The notes under the pieces were generated by a model. The model was given only the letters and a program-made list of their open reading frames with translations. It did not search any database and was not told the DNA's origin. Shown one piece after another: positions 1 to 11,331 of a stretch of DNA of 32,000 nucleotides. Positions within the stretch are counted from its first letter, which is position 1. The number at the start of each line of letters is the position of its first letter. Source of the DNA: Endozoicomonas acroporae (lineage in GTDB: Bacteria > Pseudomonadota > Gammaproteobacteria > Pseudomonadales > Endozoicomonadaceae); NCBI RefSeq assembly GCF_002864045.1, contig NZ_PJPV01000057.1, positions 14,626 through 46,625 of the forward strand. The letters run 5' to 3'. Both the position numbers and the translations under genes were made by a program.

Positions 1-560
1 CTGCTGACTTCCTTCACAAAAGAGGTACTGGAGAAGTCAATCGACGCTGTCTGGGAGCGGCTTTTGAAAACAGGATGATCAAAGTCAATGGTGAAACTTA
101 CTTTGAAACCGTCGTATGGTTTGAAGGTTGCCGTTTTATCCCCATCCGTCACCGTCACATCTTCTTTGATGCGAATGAACTTCTTGGGCGCATTCTGCTC
201 CTGAATACCTGCGGACTGGAGCAAGAATACGAATGGACCAGCGCTGCCGTCCATAATGGGAACTTCGTGGGCACTGACCTCTACGTAGGCGTTATCAATA
301 CCCAGCCCGGCCAGGGCGGAGAGAAGGTGTTCAACAGTGTCAATTCGGGTGCCGTCTTTATGCAAAGACGTGCACAGTGTCGTCTGCCCGACATTCAGGG
401 CATGTGCCGGAATTTCAATGACCGGGTCAAGGTCTGTACGACAGAAAATGATGCCGGTATCTACGGGAGCAGGCTTAAGAGTAAGGTAAACCTTTTCACC
501 GGAGTGAAGGCCCACGCCCGTAGCACGAATAATATTTTTCAGTGTACGCTGTCTGATCAT
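1..560 (-). CDS. lpxC: UDP-3-O-acyl-N-acetylglucosamine deacetylase LpxC, N-terminal ~186 codons (3' end beyond window)
   Basis: Not in the ORF track because it runs off the window. The reverse complement from the ATG at 560-558 reads [47 protein letters not shown]...[21 protein letters not shown]...[13 protein letters not shown]...FDHPVF, nearly the P. aeruginosa LpxC N-terminus. Its position just downstream of ftsZ is canonical. Confidence 0.93.
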   Translation of the reverse strand, partial: MIRQRTLKNIIRATGVGLHSGEKVYLTLKPAPVDTGIIFCRTDLDPVIEIPAHALNVGQTTLCTSLHKDGTRIDTVEHLLSALAGLGIDNAYVEVSAHEVPIMDGSAGPFVFLLQSAGIQEQNAPKKFIRIKEDVTVTDGDKTATFKPYDGFKVSFTIDFDHPVFKSRSQTASIDFSSTSFVKEVS

Positions 561-613
561 GATAACGCTGTTCCGCGACCTGAAAGGTCCCTGTTATTTG
601 GATGCAACGTCAC

Positions 614-641
614 ATTGTAACAAAAGTAACAATTGAGACAA
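614..641 (-). promoter_or_regulatory. candidate sigma70 promoter for lpxC in the ftsZ-lpxC spacer
   Basis: Minus strand reads TTGTCT (641-636), a 16-nt spacer, then TACAAT (619-614), about 55 nt upstream of the lpxC ATG. Motif match only. Confidence 0.35.
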
Positions 642-662
642 GTTCGCATTTATACGCCCTGA

Positions 663-1850
663 TTAATCCGCCTGACGCCTCAGAAATGCCGGTATATCGA
701 GGTAATCGACACTATCTCCGGTCGCCACCGCTGCCCGTTTACCTTCTTCCCGCGGACCCACTTCCTCTTCCTCCTTCTTTTTGTCACGCAACAGAGGAGA
801 AATGTCCAGCCTGCCATAGTCAGGTGTGCCGTCTTTGTTTTTTGGCGGTGCTTTATCAACCACTTTCAACTGTTCCCTGGCAACGCCGCCAGCACCGATA
901 CCGGTTGCCACAACAGTTACCCGCAGCTCGTCCGTTAATTCCGAGTCAATAACAGTACCGATAACAACGGTTGCATCGTTAGACGCAAACTGACTTACAA
1001 CGTCGCCTACCTGGTTGTACTCACCAACGGTAAAGTCAAGGCCGGCAGTAATGTTAACCAGAACACCTTTGGCTCCCTGGAGATCCACATCTTCCAGCAG
1101 CGGACTGCGGATGGCTTTCTCAGCTGCTTCTGCTGCACGGCCGCTACCCGTGGCAACTCCGGTACCCATCATCGCCATACCCATTTCTGACATCACTGTG
1201 CGAACATCGGCAAAGTCAACGTTGATGAGACCATCACGGGTAATCAGTTCAGAAATACCCTGCACCGCACCCAGCAGAACATCATTGGCAGCACCAAAGG
1301 CATTGAGCAGACTGACATCACTGCCAAGCACTGGCAGTAACTTTTCATTGGGAATGGTAATCAGCGAATCCACATGTTCCTGAAGCTCTTTCAGACCTTC
1401 TTCGGCAACCGCCATTCTGCGCTTGCCTTCAAAACCGAATGGCTTCGTGACCACGGCCACGGTCAGTGCGCCAAGCTCCCGGGCTATCTCGGCAACCACC
1501 GGAGCTGCGCCGGTCCCTGTACCACCGCCCATGCCAGCGGCAATAAAGACCATATCCGCACCTTTGAGGAGCTCGGCGATACGCTCCCGGTCTTCCATCG
1601 CCGCCTCGCGACCGACATTCGGGTTCGCGCCTGCACCAAGCCCTCGCGTGATCGAGGCTCCCAGCTGCAGGTGAGTATGGGCCTGCAAATGCTGCTTTTT
1701 CAGCGCCTGGGCGTCGGTGTTTGCACAGGCAAACTCAACACCTTCGAGCTGACTATTCAGCATGTGGCAGACTGCATTACCACCACCACCACCGACACCG
1801 ATAACTTTTATGACCGCTTCCTGCGGTACGTTATCCACCAATTCAAACAT
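663..1850 (-). CDS. ftsZ: cell division GTPase FtsZ
   Basis: Has VIGVGGGGGNAV, the tubulin signature GGGTGTGAAPV and the C-terminal DYLDIPAFLRRQAD peptide. The track ORF starts at 1856 (MTM...), but GGAG abuts that ATG. The ATG at 1850 has AAGGAG 6 nt upstream and gives the usual MFE... start. Confidence 0.97.
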   Translation of the reverse strand: MFELVDNVPQEAVIKVIGVGGGGGNAVCHMLNSQLEGVEFACANTDAQALKKQHLQAHTHLQLGASITRGLGAGANPNVGREAAMEDRERIAELLKGADMVFIAAGMGGGTGTGAAPVVAEIARELGALTVAVVTKPFGFEGKRRMAVAEEGLKELQEHVDSLITIPNEKLLPVLGSDVSLLNAFGAANDVLLGAVQGISELITRDGLINVDFADVRTVMSEMGMAMMGTGVATGSGRAAEAAEKAIRSPLLEDVDLQGAKGVLVNITAGLDFTVGEYNQVGDVVSQFASNDATVVIGTVIDSELTDELRVTVVATGIGAGGVAREQLKVVDKAPPKNKDGTPDYGRLDISPLLRDKKKEEEEVGPREEGKRAAVATGDSVDYLDIPAFLRRQAD

Positions 1851-1927
1851 GGTCATCTCCTTTTTATCACCCTTAATCTAACAAATACTTACCAATACCG
1901 TTACTGAAAACCTGCGCTGCTACACAC

Positions 1928-3163
1928 TTAAAAGTTCTGAAACCAGCGCTTCATCTTATCCATCAGCCCAGCATCCTGAGGTTTGCTGGCGATCGACTTT
2001 TTCAAACCGTCTTTCTGCATTTTCTGGCCATAGTGCAACAGCCCGACACCCGTTGAATAAATGGGATTACTGACCACATCACTCAGCCCTTTCACTAACT
2101 GCGGCACACCCAGCCGGACCGGCATGTGGAAAATCTCTTCTGCCAGCTCAATAGCCCCCTCAATCTTGGAAGTACCACCGGTCAGAACGATGCCTGCGGG
2201 GATCAGGTCTTCGAAACCACTGCGCCTGATCTCTGCATTAATTAACGTAAACAGCTCGTCGTAACGAGGTTCTACCACCTCTGCCAGTGCCTGCCGGGAA
2301 AGCTCCCTGGACGGTCGCTCACCGACACTGGGAACTTTAATGGTTTCATCGGCTCCAGCCAGCTGGGCCAGGGCACAGGCATATTTAATCTTTATGTCTT
2401 CGGCATTTTGCGTCGGTGTCCGCAAGGCCATGGCAATGTCATTGGTCACCTGATCACCGGCAATGGGAATCACTGCCGTATGCCGAATGGCACCGTCGGT
2501 AAAGATGGCAATATCTGTCGTGCCACCACCGATATCCACCATACAGACGCCCAGCTCTTTCTCATCTTCTGAAAGCACCGAATAACTTGAAGCCAGCTGC
2601 TCCAAAATAATATCGTCCACTTCCAGACCACAGCGACGGATGCAGTTCTCAATATTCTGGGCCGCATTAACAGCGCAGGTCACCAGATGAACCTTGGCTT
2701 CCAGCCGGACACCGGACATCCCGTGAGGCTCCTTGATCCCCTCCTGGTTATCAATGGCATACTCCTGTGGAAGAATATGCAGAATCCGCTGATCCGCCGG
2801 GATCGCCACCGCCTGGGCGGCGTCAATCACCCGGTCAATATCGGCACCATTCACTTCACGCTCACGTATCGCAACGATACCATGGGAGTTAAGACTCTTG
2901 ATGTGATTGCCGGCAATACCGGCATAGACCGAGTGTATCTGACACCCGGCCATCAGCTCAGCTTCTTCAACGGCTCTCTTAATGGCATGGACCGTAGAGT
3001 CAATATTAACCACAACGCCACGCTTAAGCCCGCGGGAAATATGCGAGCCGATGCCGATGACTTCAATGTCACCCTCAGCGTTGAGCTCTCCGACAATAGC
3101 CACGACTTTCGAGGTGCCTATATCCAACCCAACGATCAATCTTCCATTATCTGCCGCTGTCAT
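1928..3163 (-). CDS. ftsA: cell division protein FtsA (actin-like ATPase)
   Basis: 411 aa with the motifs VGLDIGTSKV and DIGGGTTDIA. Lies between ftsQ and ftsZ. Confidence 0.95.
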   Translation of the reverse strand: MTAADNGRLIVGLDIGTSKVVAIVGELNAEGDIEVIGIGSHISRGLKRGVVVNIDSTVHAIKRAVEEAELMAGCQIHSVYAGIAGNHIKSLNSHGIVAIREREVNGADIDRVIDAAQAVAIPADQRILHILPQEYAIDNQEGIKEPHGMSGVRLEAKVHLVTCAVNAAQNIENCIRRCGLEVDDIILEQLASSYSVLSEDEKELGVCMVDIGGGTTDIAIFTDGAIRHTAVIPIAGDQVTNDIAMALRTPTQNAEDIKIKYACALAQLAGADETIKVPSVGERPSRELSRQALAEVVEPRYDELFTLINAEIRRSGFEDLIPAGIVLTGGTSKIEGAIELAEEIFHMPVRLGVPQLVKGLSDVVSNPIYSTGVGLLHYGQKMQKDGLKKSIASKPQDAGLMDKMKRWFQNF

Positions 3164-3216
3164 GGCATCAATCTTCCCAAACTTCTCTAACGATCATAAA
3201 TCTGAGCCTGGCTGAT

Positions 3217-4032
3217 TTATTTTGACCCCGTTTTAACCAGCGTCTCACTCCAGGCAACCGAAGCACCGTTCAAATATCGCAAATCTACCCGCTTTACCTG
3301 ATCCCAGCGAGGCTCCAGCCTGGCATGATAAAGACGGACAAAACGCTGCAGTCTTTCCATCCTTCGGTCACGACCAATATTGACCTCAACATGTCCTATG
3401 GTAAATCGCCATGAGCCACTATTGCTACGTTTCAGCATGGTCAGCCTGAGCCCCATAGGCCGGAGCAACTGGCTGATGGCCAGATATTGCTGCATCACCT
3501 CCACCGCCAGCTCTTCCGGGCCATCGAGAACCGGCATGGCAGAAAAACCGGCAATATCCTCTGGTGCAAACACCTCACCTTCATTGCTGATCAGGGCGCT
3601 GTTGCCCCACCTCGCCACCGGCTGCTGTTCGGTCAGGCTCACCTGGACACTGTCAGGCCACTGTCGTCGAACCGAGGCAGTCTTAATCCAGGGCATTGCC
3701 ATCAGAACCTGCTGCATCTGCCGCAAATCAAGGGCAAAAAAACGGTCCTGTAAGTGAGGCTGCAAAACACCCTCGACCTGCTCTCTGGATAAATACTCAA
3801 AGCCTGCATGCACTTCCACCCGTGCTATCGGCTGATTCAACCAGTTCACCAACCATGGCATTGAGCCCAGCAAGCCTGCCAGCAGAACAAGAGACACCAG
3901 AACCTGAAGCACTCTTTTCCACGGCAGTGTTTTTTTCCCTCTGCCAGCAACCTGTTGACCGTCCCTTCGGGATGCACCCCGTACTTCCCCCGACCAGTCG
4001 GCTGAAACAGACCAACCTGCTCGATCAGACAT
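3217..4032 (-). CDS. ftsQ: cell division protein FtsQ
   Basis: 271 aa with a basic N-terminus, one TM segment (VLVSLVLLAGLLG) and a POTRA-like periplasmic part. The ATG overlaps the ddl stop (ATGTCTGA). Canonical position. Confidence 0.85.
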   Translation of the reverse strand: MSDRAGWSVSADWSGEVRGASRRDGQQVAGRGKKTLPWKRVLQVLVSLVLLAGLLGSMPWLVNWLNQPIARVEVHAGFEYLSREQVEGVLQPHLQDRFFALDLRQMQQVLMAMPWIKTASVRRQWPDSVQVSLTEQQPVARWGNSALISNEGEVFAPEDIAGFSAMPVLDGPEELAVEVMQQYLAISQLLRPMGLRLTMLKRSNSGSWRFTIGHVEVNIGRDRRMERLQRFVRLYHARLEPRWDQVKRVDLRYLNGASVAWSETLVKTGSK

Positions 4033-4960
4033 CCGCTGTTTTCAATATTTCAATCACCAGTTCATCGAAAGATAAACCGGCATCCGCTGCGGCCATCGGC
4101 AGCAGACTATGATCTGTCATCCCCGGAATAGTATTGACCTCAAGCAACCAGAATCGTCCCTGCTGATCCTGCATAAAGTCAACACGCCCCCAGCCTGAAC
4201 ACCCAAGGGCTTCAAATGCCGTCAGGGCAACCGCCTGCAGCTCCTGCTCCTTAACAGAAGTCAGGCCACAGGGAATGGTGTAGCGGGTATTATCCGACAG
4301 ATACTTGGCCTGGTAATCATAAAATTCACCCTCTGCCTCAATTCTGATAACAGGCAGCGGCTGACCATTAAGAATACCCACCGTAAACTCAGGCCCATCG
4401 ATAAACGACTCCACCAGAACAGCCCCTTTGTGCTCCGCTGCATGCTCGCAGGCAGCTTCAAGGTCTTCCCTTCGATCAACCCGTGCCACACCAACACTGG
4501 AGCCCTCCATGCTGGGTTTGACAAAGGCGGGCAACAGCGACTCGGCATGGCCAAGATTGTCAACTCCCATGACCAGGGCAAATTCCGGTGTTGGCAGCCC
4601 AATGGATTGCCAGAGCAACTTACAGCGGTATTTATCCATCGCCAGGGCCGATGCCATAACACCACTGCCGGGATAGGGAATACCCATGGTTTCCAGCATT
4701 CCCTGTATCGTTCCATCTTCTCCCCCACCGCCATGCAAGGCAATGAAGGCGTAGTCAGGTGCATATTGCTGAAGCTGCTCAACAACATTCTCACAGGTAT
4801 CAATCAGCTGGCATGTCACACCCCGGCGATGCAACGCGGCATAAATACGCTCACCACTGGTCAGGCTCACGTCCCTTTCTGCGGAGTTTCCACCGAAAAG
4901 TACAGCAACCTTGCCAAAAGCTTTTGGATCGAAGTGATCACAACTCCGGTCGTACTTCAT
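4025..4960 (-). CDS. ddl: D-alanine--D-alanine ligase
   Basis: Collinear with E. coli DdlB (VAVLFGGNSAEREVSL, FIALHGGGGEDGTIQG, EVNTIPGMT). The track start at 4984 is a TTG. The ATG at 4960 is preceded by AAAGGAAAA. Confidence 0.93.
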   Translation of the reverse strand: MKYDRSCDHFDPKAFGKVAVLFGGNSAERDVSLTSGERIYAALHRRGVTCQLIDTCENVVEQLQQYAPDYAFIALHGGGGEDGTIQGMLETMGIPYPGSGVMASALAMDKYRCKLLWQSIGLPTPEFALVMGVDNLGHAESLLPAFVKPSMEGSSVGVARVDRREDLEAACEHAAEHKGAVLVESFIDGPEFTVGILNGQPLPVIRIEAEGEFYDYQAKYLSDNTRYTIPCGLTSVKEQELQAVALTAFEALGCSGWGRVDFMQDQQGRFWLLEVNTIPGMTDHSLLPMAAADAGLSFDELVIEILKTADV

Positions 4961-4993
4961 GCACTGTTTTCCTTTACTATTCAATTCGTAGCT

Positions 4994-6454
4994 TTACTGT
5001 TCTGTCTTCGGCAGAGCCAACTCAGCACTGGCCAGCCTGAGAGCCAGTGCACCAATATCCCCGGCTCCCTGAGCCAACAGCAAGTCACCATCCTGAAGTA
5101 CATCAGCCAATACTGACTCAACGTCTTCAGGACGGGCAATAAATATCGGATCAACCAGTCCACGCTGGCGAATACTCCGGCATAGTGAGCGGCTGTCCGC
5201 CCCTGCAATCGGTTCTTCTCCGGCAGGGTACACTTCCATTAACAGAAGAACATCAACCCTGGACAGCACATCGACAAAATCCTCATACAGGTCACGGGTA
5301 CGAGAGAAACGATGAGGCTGGTAAATCATCACCAGTCGTTTGTCATCCCAGCCATCACGAACCGCTTTAATGGTCGCATCCACTTCCGTCGGGTGGTGGC
5401 CATAATCATCCACCAGCATCACGTCGCCAACCCGGGTAGTAAACTCTCCCAGCACCTGGAAACGTCGACCAACACCATCAAAACGACTCAACCCTTCAGC
5501 AATCACCTGATCCGGAAGGCCTTCATCAGCCGCCGTGGCAAACGTGGCCAGAGCATTCAACACGTTATGGCGTCCGGGAATACCCAGTTCAATGGTCACA
5601 GGGGCTTCTTCTTCGACATCACTGCGACGAACCAGGTCAAACGAGGTTCTCATGCCCTGCTGGCGAACATTCACTGCCCGGTAATCCGCGTCTTCACTGA
5701 AACCATAGGTAATCACCTGTCGTTTGATTTCCAACAACAGTTCCCGAACAACCGGACAGTCGATACAGACAATCGCCACACCGTAAAAAGGCAGATTGTG
5801 CAAGAAATCAATAAATGCCTTTTTCAGTTTGCCAAAGTCACCGTCGTAGGTAGACATATGGTCAGCATCAATATTGGTGATAATGGACACCATCGGCTGC
5901 AAATGCAGAAAAGAGGCATCAGACTCATCCGCCTCGGCCACCAGGTAACGACTGCCGCCCAGTTTTGCATTGGTACCGGCCGAGTTGAGCCTGCCCCCAA
6001 TCACAAAAGTCGGGTCCATACCACTGAACCCGAGAACCGAAGCCAGCAGACTGGTGGTAGTGGTCTTGCCATGGGTACCCGCTACCGCAATGCCGTGGCG
6101 ATAACGCATTAATTCCGCCAGCATCTGAGCCCGGGGAACAATGGGCAGCCGACGTCTTTTCCCCTCAACCACTTCCGGATTATCTCCGGCAACCGCGGTT
6201 GAGGTGACAATCACATCTGCGTTGATCACATTGTCGGCACGGTGGCCAATAAACACCTCAATCCCGAGCCCTTCAAGGCGCTCAGTCACTGATGATGCAC
6301 GAATATCCGAGCCAGAGATTTCATACCCCTGATTCAGCAGGACCTCGGCAATGCCACACATGCCGGAACCACCAATACCGACAAAATGGATTTTGCGGAT
6401 ACGCCTCATCTCTGGCACCGCCACAACGGGAATCCGACTTTTTACATCAGGCAT
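4994..6454 (-). CDS. murC: UDP-N-acetylmuramate--L-alanine ligase
   Basis: Motifs [26 protein letters not shown] and DDYGHHPTE. The track ORF reaches 6553, inside murG. The ATG at 6454 has AAGGAGG 6 nt upstream and starts 2 nt after the murG stop. Confidence 0.93.
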   Translation of the reverse strand: MPDVKSRIPVVAVPEMRRIRKIHFVGIGGSGMCGIAEVLLNQGYEISGSDIRASSVTERLEGLGIEVFIGHRADNVINADVIVTSTAVAGDNPEVVEGKRRRLPIVPRAQMLAELMRYRHGIAVAGTHGKTTTTSLLASVLGFSGMDPTFVIGGRLNSAGTNAKLGGSRYLVAEADESDASFLHLQPMVSIITNIDADHMSTYDGDFGKLKKAFIDFLHNLPFYGVAIVCIDCPVVRELLLEIKRQVITYGFSEDADYRAVNVRQQGMRTSFDLVRRSDVEEEAPVTIELGIPGRHNVLNALATFATAADEGLPDQVIAEGLSRFDGVGRRFQVLGEFTTRVGDVMLVDDYGHHPTEVDATIKAVRDGWDDKRLVMIYQPHRFSRTRDLYEDFVDVLSRVDVLLLMEVYPAGEEPIAGADSRSLCRSIRQRGLVDPIFIARPEDVESVLADVLQDGDLLLAQGAGDIGALALRLASAELALPKTEQ

Positions 6455-7568
6455 AAGAGACCTCCTTACCAGCCGCTTCAAGACAGAGCCTGACCACGTC
6501 ATCAGTCGCCTGTGGCAAACTGGCCGTTCTTGCTGATGAGGCCATTCGTTCAAGCTGTTCAGGATTATCTGCCAGCTTCAAAATCATGTTTGTCAAACTG
6601 TCCACATGCAAATCTTTTTGCTGAACCATCAGGGCTGCACCTCGATCGACCAGGTAACGCCCATTCACTGTCTGATGATCATCCACCGCAAACGGGAAAG
6701 GCACCAGAATTCCGGGTTTTCCTGCCGCTGCCAGTTCTGCGATGGTTAATGCGCCAGAGCGGCAGATGACCAGATCCGCCCACTCATAAGCCTGAGCCAT
6801 ATCATCAATAAACGGCTCTACCCGACCGGAAACGCCGAGCTGCTGATAATCTGCCAGGCACTGCTCAAAGGTTCCCTTACCGGTCTGGTGCCAGACGTCA
6901 ATCTGAGCACCACAGTTTTGTAAAACCCGGGGAATCATCTGGTTGATTGCCAGGGCTCCCCGACTTCCCCCAACGACCAGCAGCCTTAAGGGAGTGCGTG
7001 GTAAATGGGCAGGAACGGCGACAATCTCCGAACGCACCGGATTCCCGGTCAGCATAACTTTCCGGGCAATGCGTGAAGAGAGCCCCGCAAAGGTTCCCGG
7101 AAACGCTTCAAGCACCCGGGTAGCGATCCTGGCCAGCAGTTTATTGGTCAGGCCTGCCACGGCATTTTGTTCATGAACCACCAGGGGAATTCCCAACAAC
7201 CGCGCAGCCACACCACCGGGCCCTGTGACATAGCCCCCCATACCAACAACACAAACCGGCCGGTGTTCTCTCAGAACCCGAACGGCTTTAAATAATGAAA
7301 CAGCCAGACGCCAGGGAGCTTTCAACAGAAAACTCAACCCTTTGCCCCGCAGGCCAGTGACCGGAATAAAACTGATATCAATACCATGCCCGGGCACAAG
7401 CTCGGCTTCCATGCTTCCGGGAGTCCCCAGCCAATGCACCCGGTATCCCTGATTAATCAGCTCCCTGGCTGTAGCCAGCCCCGGGAAAATATGTCCTCCG
7501 GTACCCCCTGCCATGATAATCACTTTGGGTGCTTCCGGAGGCGTTTGAGAAACTGCCTGCTCAGCCAT
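6447..7568 (-). CDS. murG: undecaprenyldiphospho-muramoylpentapeptide beta-N-acetylglucosaminyltransferase
   Basis: N-terminus [15 protein letters not shown]. Canonical position. The ATG at 7568 follows GGAGG and lies just after the ftsW stop. The longer track ORF (7625) overlaps ftsW. Confidence 0.93.
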   Translation of the reverse strand: MAEQAVSQTPPEAPKVIIMAGGTGGHIFPGLATARELINQGYRVHWLGTPGSMEAELVPGHGIDISFIPVTGLRGKGLSFLLKAPWRLAVSLFKAVRVLREHRPVCVVGMGGYVTGPGGVAARLLGIPLVVHEQNAVAGLTNKLLARIATRVLEAFPGTFAGLSSRIARKVMLTGNPVRSEIVAVPAHLPRTPLRLLVVGGSRGALAINQMIPRVLQNCGAQIDVWHQTGKGTFEQCLADYQQLGVSGRVEPFIDDMAQAYEWADLVICRSGALTIAELAAAGKPGILVPFPFAVDDHQTVNGRYLVDRGAALMVQQKDLHVDSLTNMILKLADNPEQLERMASSARTASLPQATDDVVRLCLEAAGKEVSYA

Positions 7569-8805
7569 TTGTATTACCTCCAGCGGCTTCACTCGTCTTT
7601 CGCTCCTGAGCCTTCCGCCCCGCAACCGGCTTAACCTCTGTGGCTTTAGTCAGACGACGTTCAAAATCGATGCGTAACAAAATACCAAATGCCAGACAGT
7701 TGACAATTAAACTGCTGCCTCCATAGCTGATCATGGGTAAGGCCAGCCCTTTGGTGGGCAGCAGTCCGGTATTCACAGAAATGTTAATCAACGCCTGACA
7801 GGCAAAAAGCAGGGCAATACCATAAGCGACGAAGCCATGGAATAACATCCCCCCGGCTTCCGCTCTTGAGCCCAGCTGCAATGACCGCCAGGCAACAAAC
7901 AGAAACAGCCCAAGCAGCAGCAACGAACCAATCAGGCCAAATTCTTCTGCCAATACAGCAAAAACAAAATCCGTGTGCGCCTCCGGCAGGTAAAACAGTT
8001 TCTGGATGCTATTGCCCAGCCCTTCACCCAGCCAGGCACCCCGACCAAACGCGATCAGAGCCTGGGTTAACTGATAACCACTGCCAAAAGCATGGGCCCA
8101 CGGATCCATGTAGGAGGTGATACGAGCCATACGATAAGGCTCCATCCAGATCAACAGGACAATCAGGATAATCACGCCGGCAATCATGACCAGAAACTGG
8201 TGGAACCGTGCGCCCGCCATAAAGATCATCCCCATCACCGCCACGGTCAGCACCACCAGCGCGCCAAGATCCGGCTCCGCAAGCAGCAGCAAAGCCAACC
8301 CGGAGAGCACCAGCATGGGTTTGATAAAGCCACTCCAGCGCGTACGCACTTCATCAAGATGTCGCACCAGATAGCCTGCCAGATAAATCACCACACACAG
8401 CTTGGCAACCTCTGAGGCTTGCAGGTTAAAAAAGCCAAGGGGAATCCAGCGGACACTACCATTAATTTCCCGACCCACAATCAGCACCAGCACCAGCAGA
8501 AAGAACGCAACCAGCAAGCCAACCCAGCTCAACTGCTGAATCCGGCTGACAGGCACCAGCATCATGACGCCCATGGCACCCAGCCCCACCACCATAAACA
8601 GAAACTGCTTAAAGACGACTCTGAATGGATCACCAAAGGTCGCACTGGAAACATCCATGGAGGCAGAACCCACCATCACCAGACCAATGGCCAGCAAGGC
8701 AAGCACAGCCCCGAACAGGGTCATGTCAACATTCGTGGACCTTGCCCCTGCCTGTTCTATGGACTCTTTCTCCGTGAGAAAGCTGTGTCGAACCCGCTTC
8801 AGCAT
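7561..8805 (-). CDS. ftsW: SEDS-family peptidoglycan glycosyltransferase / lipid II flippase FtsW
   Basis: 414 aa, polytopic membrane protein with SEDS-type motifs (LPEAHTDFVFA, GLLPTKGLALPMISYGGSS). The start overlaps the murD stop. Confidence 0.93.
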   Translation of the reverse strand: MLKRVRHSFLTEKESIEQAGARSTNVDMTLFGAVLALLAIGLVMVGSASMDVSSATFGDPFRVVFKQFLFMVVGLGAMGVMMLVPVSRIQQLSWVGLLVAFFLLVLVLIVGREINGSVRWIPLGFFNLQASEVAKLCVVIYLAGYLVRHLDEVRTRWSGFIKPMLVLSGLALLLLAEPDLGALVVLTVAVMGMIFMAGARFHQFLVMIAGVIILIVLLIWMEPYRMARITSYMDPWAHAFGSGYQLTQALIAFGRGAWLGEGLGNSIQKLFYLPEAHTDFVFAVLAEEFGLIGSLLLLGLFLFVAWRSLQLGSRAEAGGMLFHGFVAYGIALLFACQALINISVNTGLLPTKGLALPMISYGGSSLIVNCLAFGILLRIDFERRLTKATEVKPVAGRKAQERKTSEAAGGNTNG

Positions 8806-10226
8806 ACAATCAAACCATTGACCAGCTCTGCAAATCGGTCACCCCGATGCTCAAAGCTGTTGAACATATCAAAACTGGCGCATGCCGGTGCCAACAGCAC
8901 GGCATCACCGGGTTTGGCCAACTGTGCAGCAAGACTGACGGCATCATCCAGACTGGCAACCTTATGAATCTCGGCACTGCCCTGCACGGCCTGCTCAATG
9001 GCGGGCCCGTCACGCCCAATCAGGATCAGATGACTGACATAACGCGCAACCGCTGGCTGCAAATCGGAGAAATCCGCACCTTTACCATCACCACCGGCAA
9101 TCAGAATAATCTGGCCTGCCAGCCCTTCGCCCAGGCCTTCAATAGCCGCGACGGAGGCTCCGACATTGGTGGCTTTGGAGTCGTTAAACCAGGCAACGCC
9201 ATCCTGCTCACCCAACCATTGGCAACGATGCTTCAACCCGGGAAAGGCCATCAGCGCTTCGAACATGGCATTGGCATCAAGACCTATCGCCTCGCCCAGG
9301 GCCAAAGCAGCAAGGGCATTCAAATAATTGTGACGGCCTTTGAGTTTCATCTGGCGGGTATTGATCTGCTTTTCCAGCCCCTTGCTCAGCCAGATGCCGT
9401 CATCGTCAGCAAGAAGCCCCATCTGGCCAAGATCCGGAGCCCCGCTGGTAAAGGTCACCGCTCCCGCAGTCACTGGAAGCAATGGGGAAGTAAGAGGATC
9501 GTCCCGGTTAAATACAGCGGTTTTGCACCCTTTGTAAATGCGCTGCTTGGCCTGGTGGTATTCAACCAGCGTCGGGTAACGATCCATATGGTCCGGACTG
9601 ATGTTCAGAACCGTCGCTGCCGTTGCACGGAGGCTATGGGTGGTCTCCAGCTGAAAACTGGAAAGCTCCAGAACGTAAACATCAATATTGTCATCATCCA
9701 GCAAATCAAGCACCGGAGTTCCGATATTGCCCCCTACGCCGGGCTTAAGCCCTGAACAGCTGACCATTTCACCAACCAGCGTGGTCACCGTGCTTTTGCC
9801 ATTGGAGCCGGTAATGGCGACGAGCGGCTTCTTTGTTGAAACAGCCGAGGCAGCATTGACCGCTCGACAAAACAGCTCAATATCACCAATGGCAATAGCG
9901 CCATTGTCCATCGCCCGGGCAATGGCCGGTTCCGACAGAGCGATACCCGGACTAACCACCAACTCATCAGCAGCCATTAACCACTGCTCGTTGAAACCAC
10001 CGGTATGCAGGGGTACATCAGGAAATAGCTGACGACATTCCGCTTCACCCGGAGGCGTTTCCCGGGTATCAATAATTTTGAATGGCAACCCCTGGCTATG
10101 AAGATAACGGGCACAGGACAACCCGGTCTTGCCAAGACCGACAATCACACGATGACAGCTCGAGCCAATCAGCCCTGATGGCTCGTTATCTGCTGCTGTT
10201 TTCTTAACAAGAGTACTTCTTGTCAC
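8799..10226 (-). CDS. murD: UDP-N-acetylmuramoylalanine--D-glutamate ligase
   Basis: Motifs VAITGSNGKSTVTTL, NISPDHMDRY and WFNDSKATNVGA, collinear with E. coli MurD. GTG start at 10226. Confidence 0.92.
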   Translation of the reverse strand: MTRSTLVKKTAADNEPSGLIGSSCHRVIVGLGKTGLSCARYLHSQGLPFKIIDTRETPPGEAECRQLFPDVPLHTGGFNEQWLMAADELVVSPGIALSEPAIARAMDNGAIAIGDIELFCRAVNAASAVSTKKPLVAITGSNGKSTVTTLVGEMVSCSGLKPGVGGNIGTPVLDLLDDDNIDVYVLELSSFQLETTHSLRATAATVLNISPDHMDRYPTLVEYHQAKQRIYKGCKTAVFNRDDPLTSPLLPVTAGAVTFTSGAPDLGQMGLLADDDGIWLSKGLEKQINTRQMKLKGRHNYLNALAALALGEAIGLDANAMFEALMAFPGLKHRCQWLGEQDGVAWFNDSKATNVGASVAAIEGLGEGLAGQIILIAGGDGKGADFSDLQPAVARYVSHLILIGRDGPAIEQAVQGSAEIHKVASLDDAVSLAAQLAKPGDAVLLAPACASFDMFNSFEHRGDRFAELVNGLIVC

Positions 10227-10248
10227 AATCCCGTTACCCTTAAACCCG

Positions 10249-11331
10249 TTAGCGAATTTTCAACGATGCCAGTCCAATCAGAACCAGCACAATAGTAATA
10301 ATCCAAAAGCGCACGATGACCCGGGGTTCAGGCCACCCTTTCAACTCAAAGTGGTGGTGCAGCGGTGCCATGCGAAATATACGACGACCGGTTAACTTGT
10401 AGGAGCCCACCTGCAAAATGACAGAGACCGTCTCCATAACAAAAACACCGCCCATAATAATCAGCACGATTTCCTGGCGGACGATAACCGCAACAACCCC
10501 GAGGGCAGCACCCAGCGCAAGAGCACCCACATCACCCATAAAGACCTGGGCCGGGTAGGTGTTAAACCAGAGAAAACCAAGGCCTGCCCCGGCGATGGCT
10601 GCACAAAATACCATCAGCTCTCCAGCTCCCGGCACCGCAGGAATCAGCAGGTACTGGGCAAAGGTTGCATGTCCACTCAGATAGGCAAATACCGCCAGAG
10701 CTGAAGCCACCATCACAGTGGGCAAAATGGCCAGACCATCCAGGCCATCCGTCAGGTTGACGGCATTACTGGAACCGACAATGGTCAGGTAGGCCAGCAC
10801 CACAAAAAATGGCCCCAGCTGCAACGTGGCATTTTTGAAAAAGGGAATAATCAGGGTTGTTTCTGTCGCAGATGGCGCGGTAAAAAACAGGAACAAAGCG
10901 GCACCCAGGCCAGCAACCGATTGCCAGAACATCTTCCAGCGCGCCGGCAAACCACGGGAGTTCTTTTCAACCACTTTGCGGTAATCATCCACCCAGCCAA
11001 CCGCACCGAAAATACCGGTAACGAACAGCACAACCCAGACGTAGCGGTTACTCAGATCGGCCCATAGCAAGGTGCTGATGGCAATACAGATAAGAATCAG
11101 GGCACCACCCATGGTCGGGGTGCCAGCCTTGCTTAAATGGCTTTGTGGACCATCATCACGGACCGCCTGGCCAATCTGGTAAAAACTCAGTTTGCGAATA
11201 AAGTGAGGCCCAAGCCATAAGCTCATGGCCAGAGCCGTGAGGACCCCGAAAATACCTCGCAACGTGAGGTACTTGAACACCAGAAATCCATGGTAATACT
11301 GGGCTAAATAATCTGCCAGCCAGACCAGCAT
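10249..11331 (-). CDS. mraY: phospho-N-acetylmuramoyl-pentapeptide transferase
   Basis: 360 aa, 10-TM type, with [13 protein letters not shown] and the HHHFE motif. Its ATG shares one base with the murF stop (TGATG). Confidence 0.95.
   Translation of the reverse strand: MLVWLADYLAQYYHGFLVFKYLTLRGIFGVLTALAMSLWLGPHFIRKLSFYQIGQAVRDDGPQSHLSKAGTPTMGGALILICIAISTLLWADLSNRYVWVVLFVTGIFGAVGWVDDYRKVVEKNSRGLPARWKMFWQSVAGLGAALFLFFTAPSATETTLIIPFFKNATLQLGPFFVVLAYLTIVGSSNAVNLTDGLDGLAILPTVMVASALAVFAYLSGHATFAQYLLIPAVPGAGELMVFCAAIAGAGLGFLWFNTYPAQVFMGDVGALALGAALGVVAVIVRQEIVLIIMGGVFVMETVSVILQVGSYKLTGRRIFRMAPLHHHFELKGWPEPRVIVRFWIITIVLVLIGLASLKIR

Noticed and set aside
75-620. 181-aa plus-strand ORF at the left edge
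   Set aside because: It is the antisense shadow of lpxC. The minus strand here translates to an unmistakable LpxC N-terminus.
6455-6553. N-terminal extensions of track ORFs (murC to 6553, murG to 7625, murF to 12791, ddl to 4984, rsmI to 19991, ftsZ to 1856)
   Set aside because: The extensions overlap the upstream gene, use TTG, or lack an SD. Internal ATGs have good SD sequences, abut the neighbour's stop, and restore the N-termini seen in E. coli and Pseudomonas.
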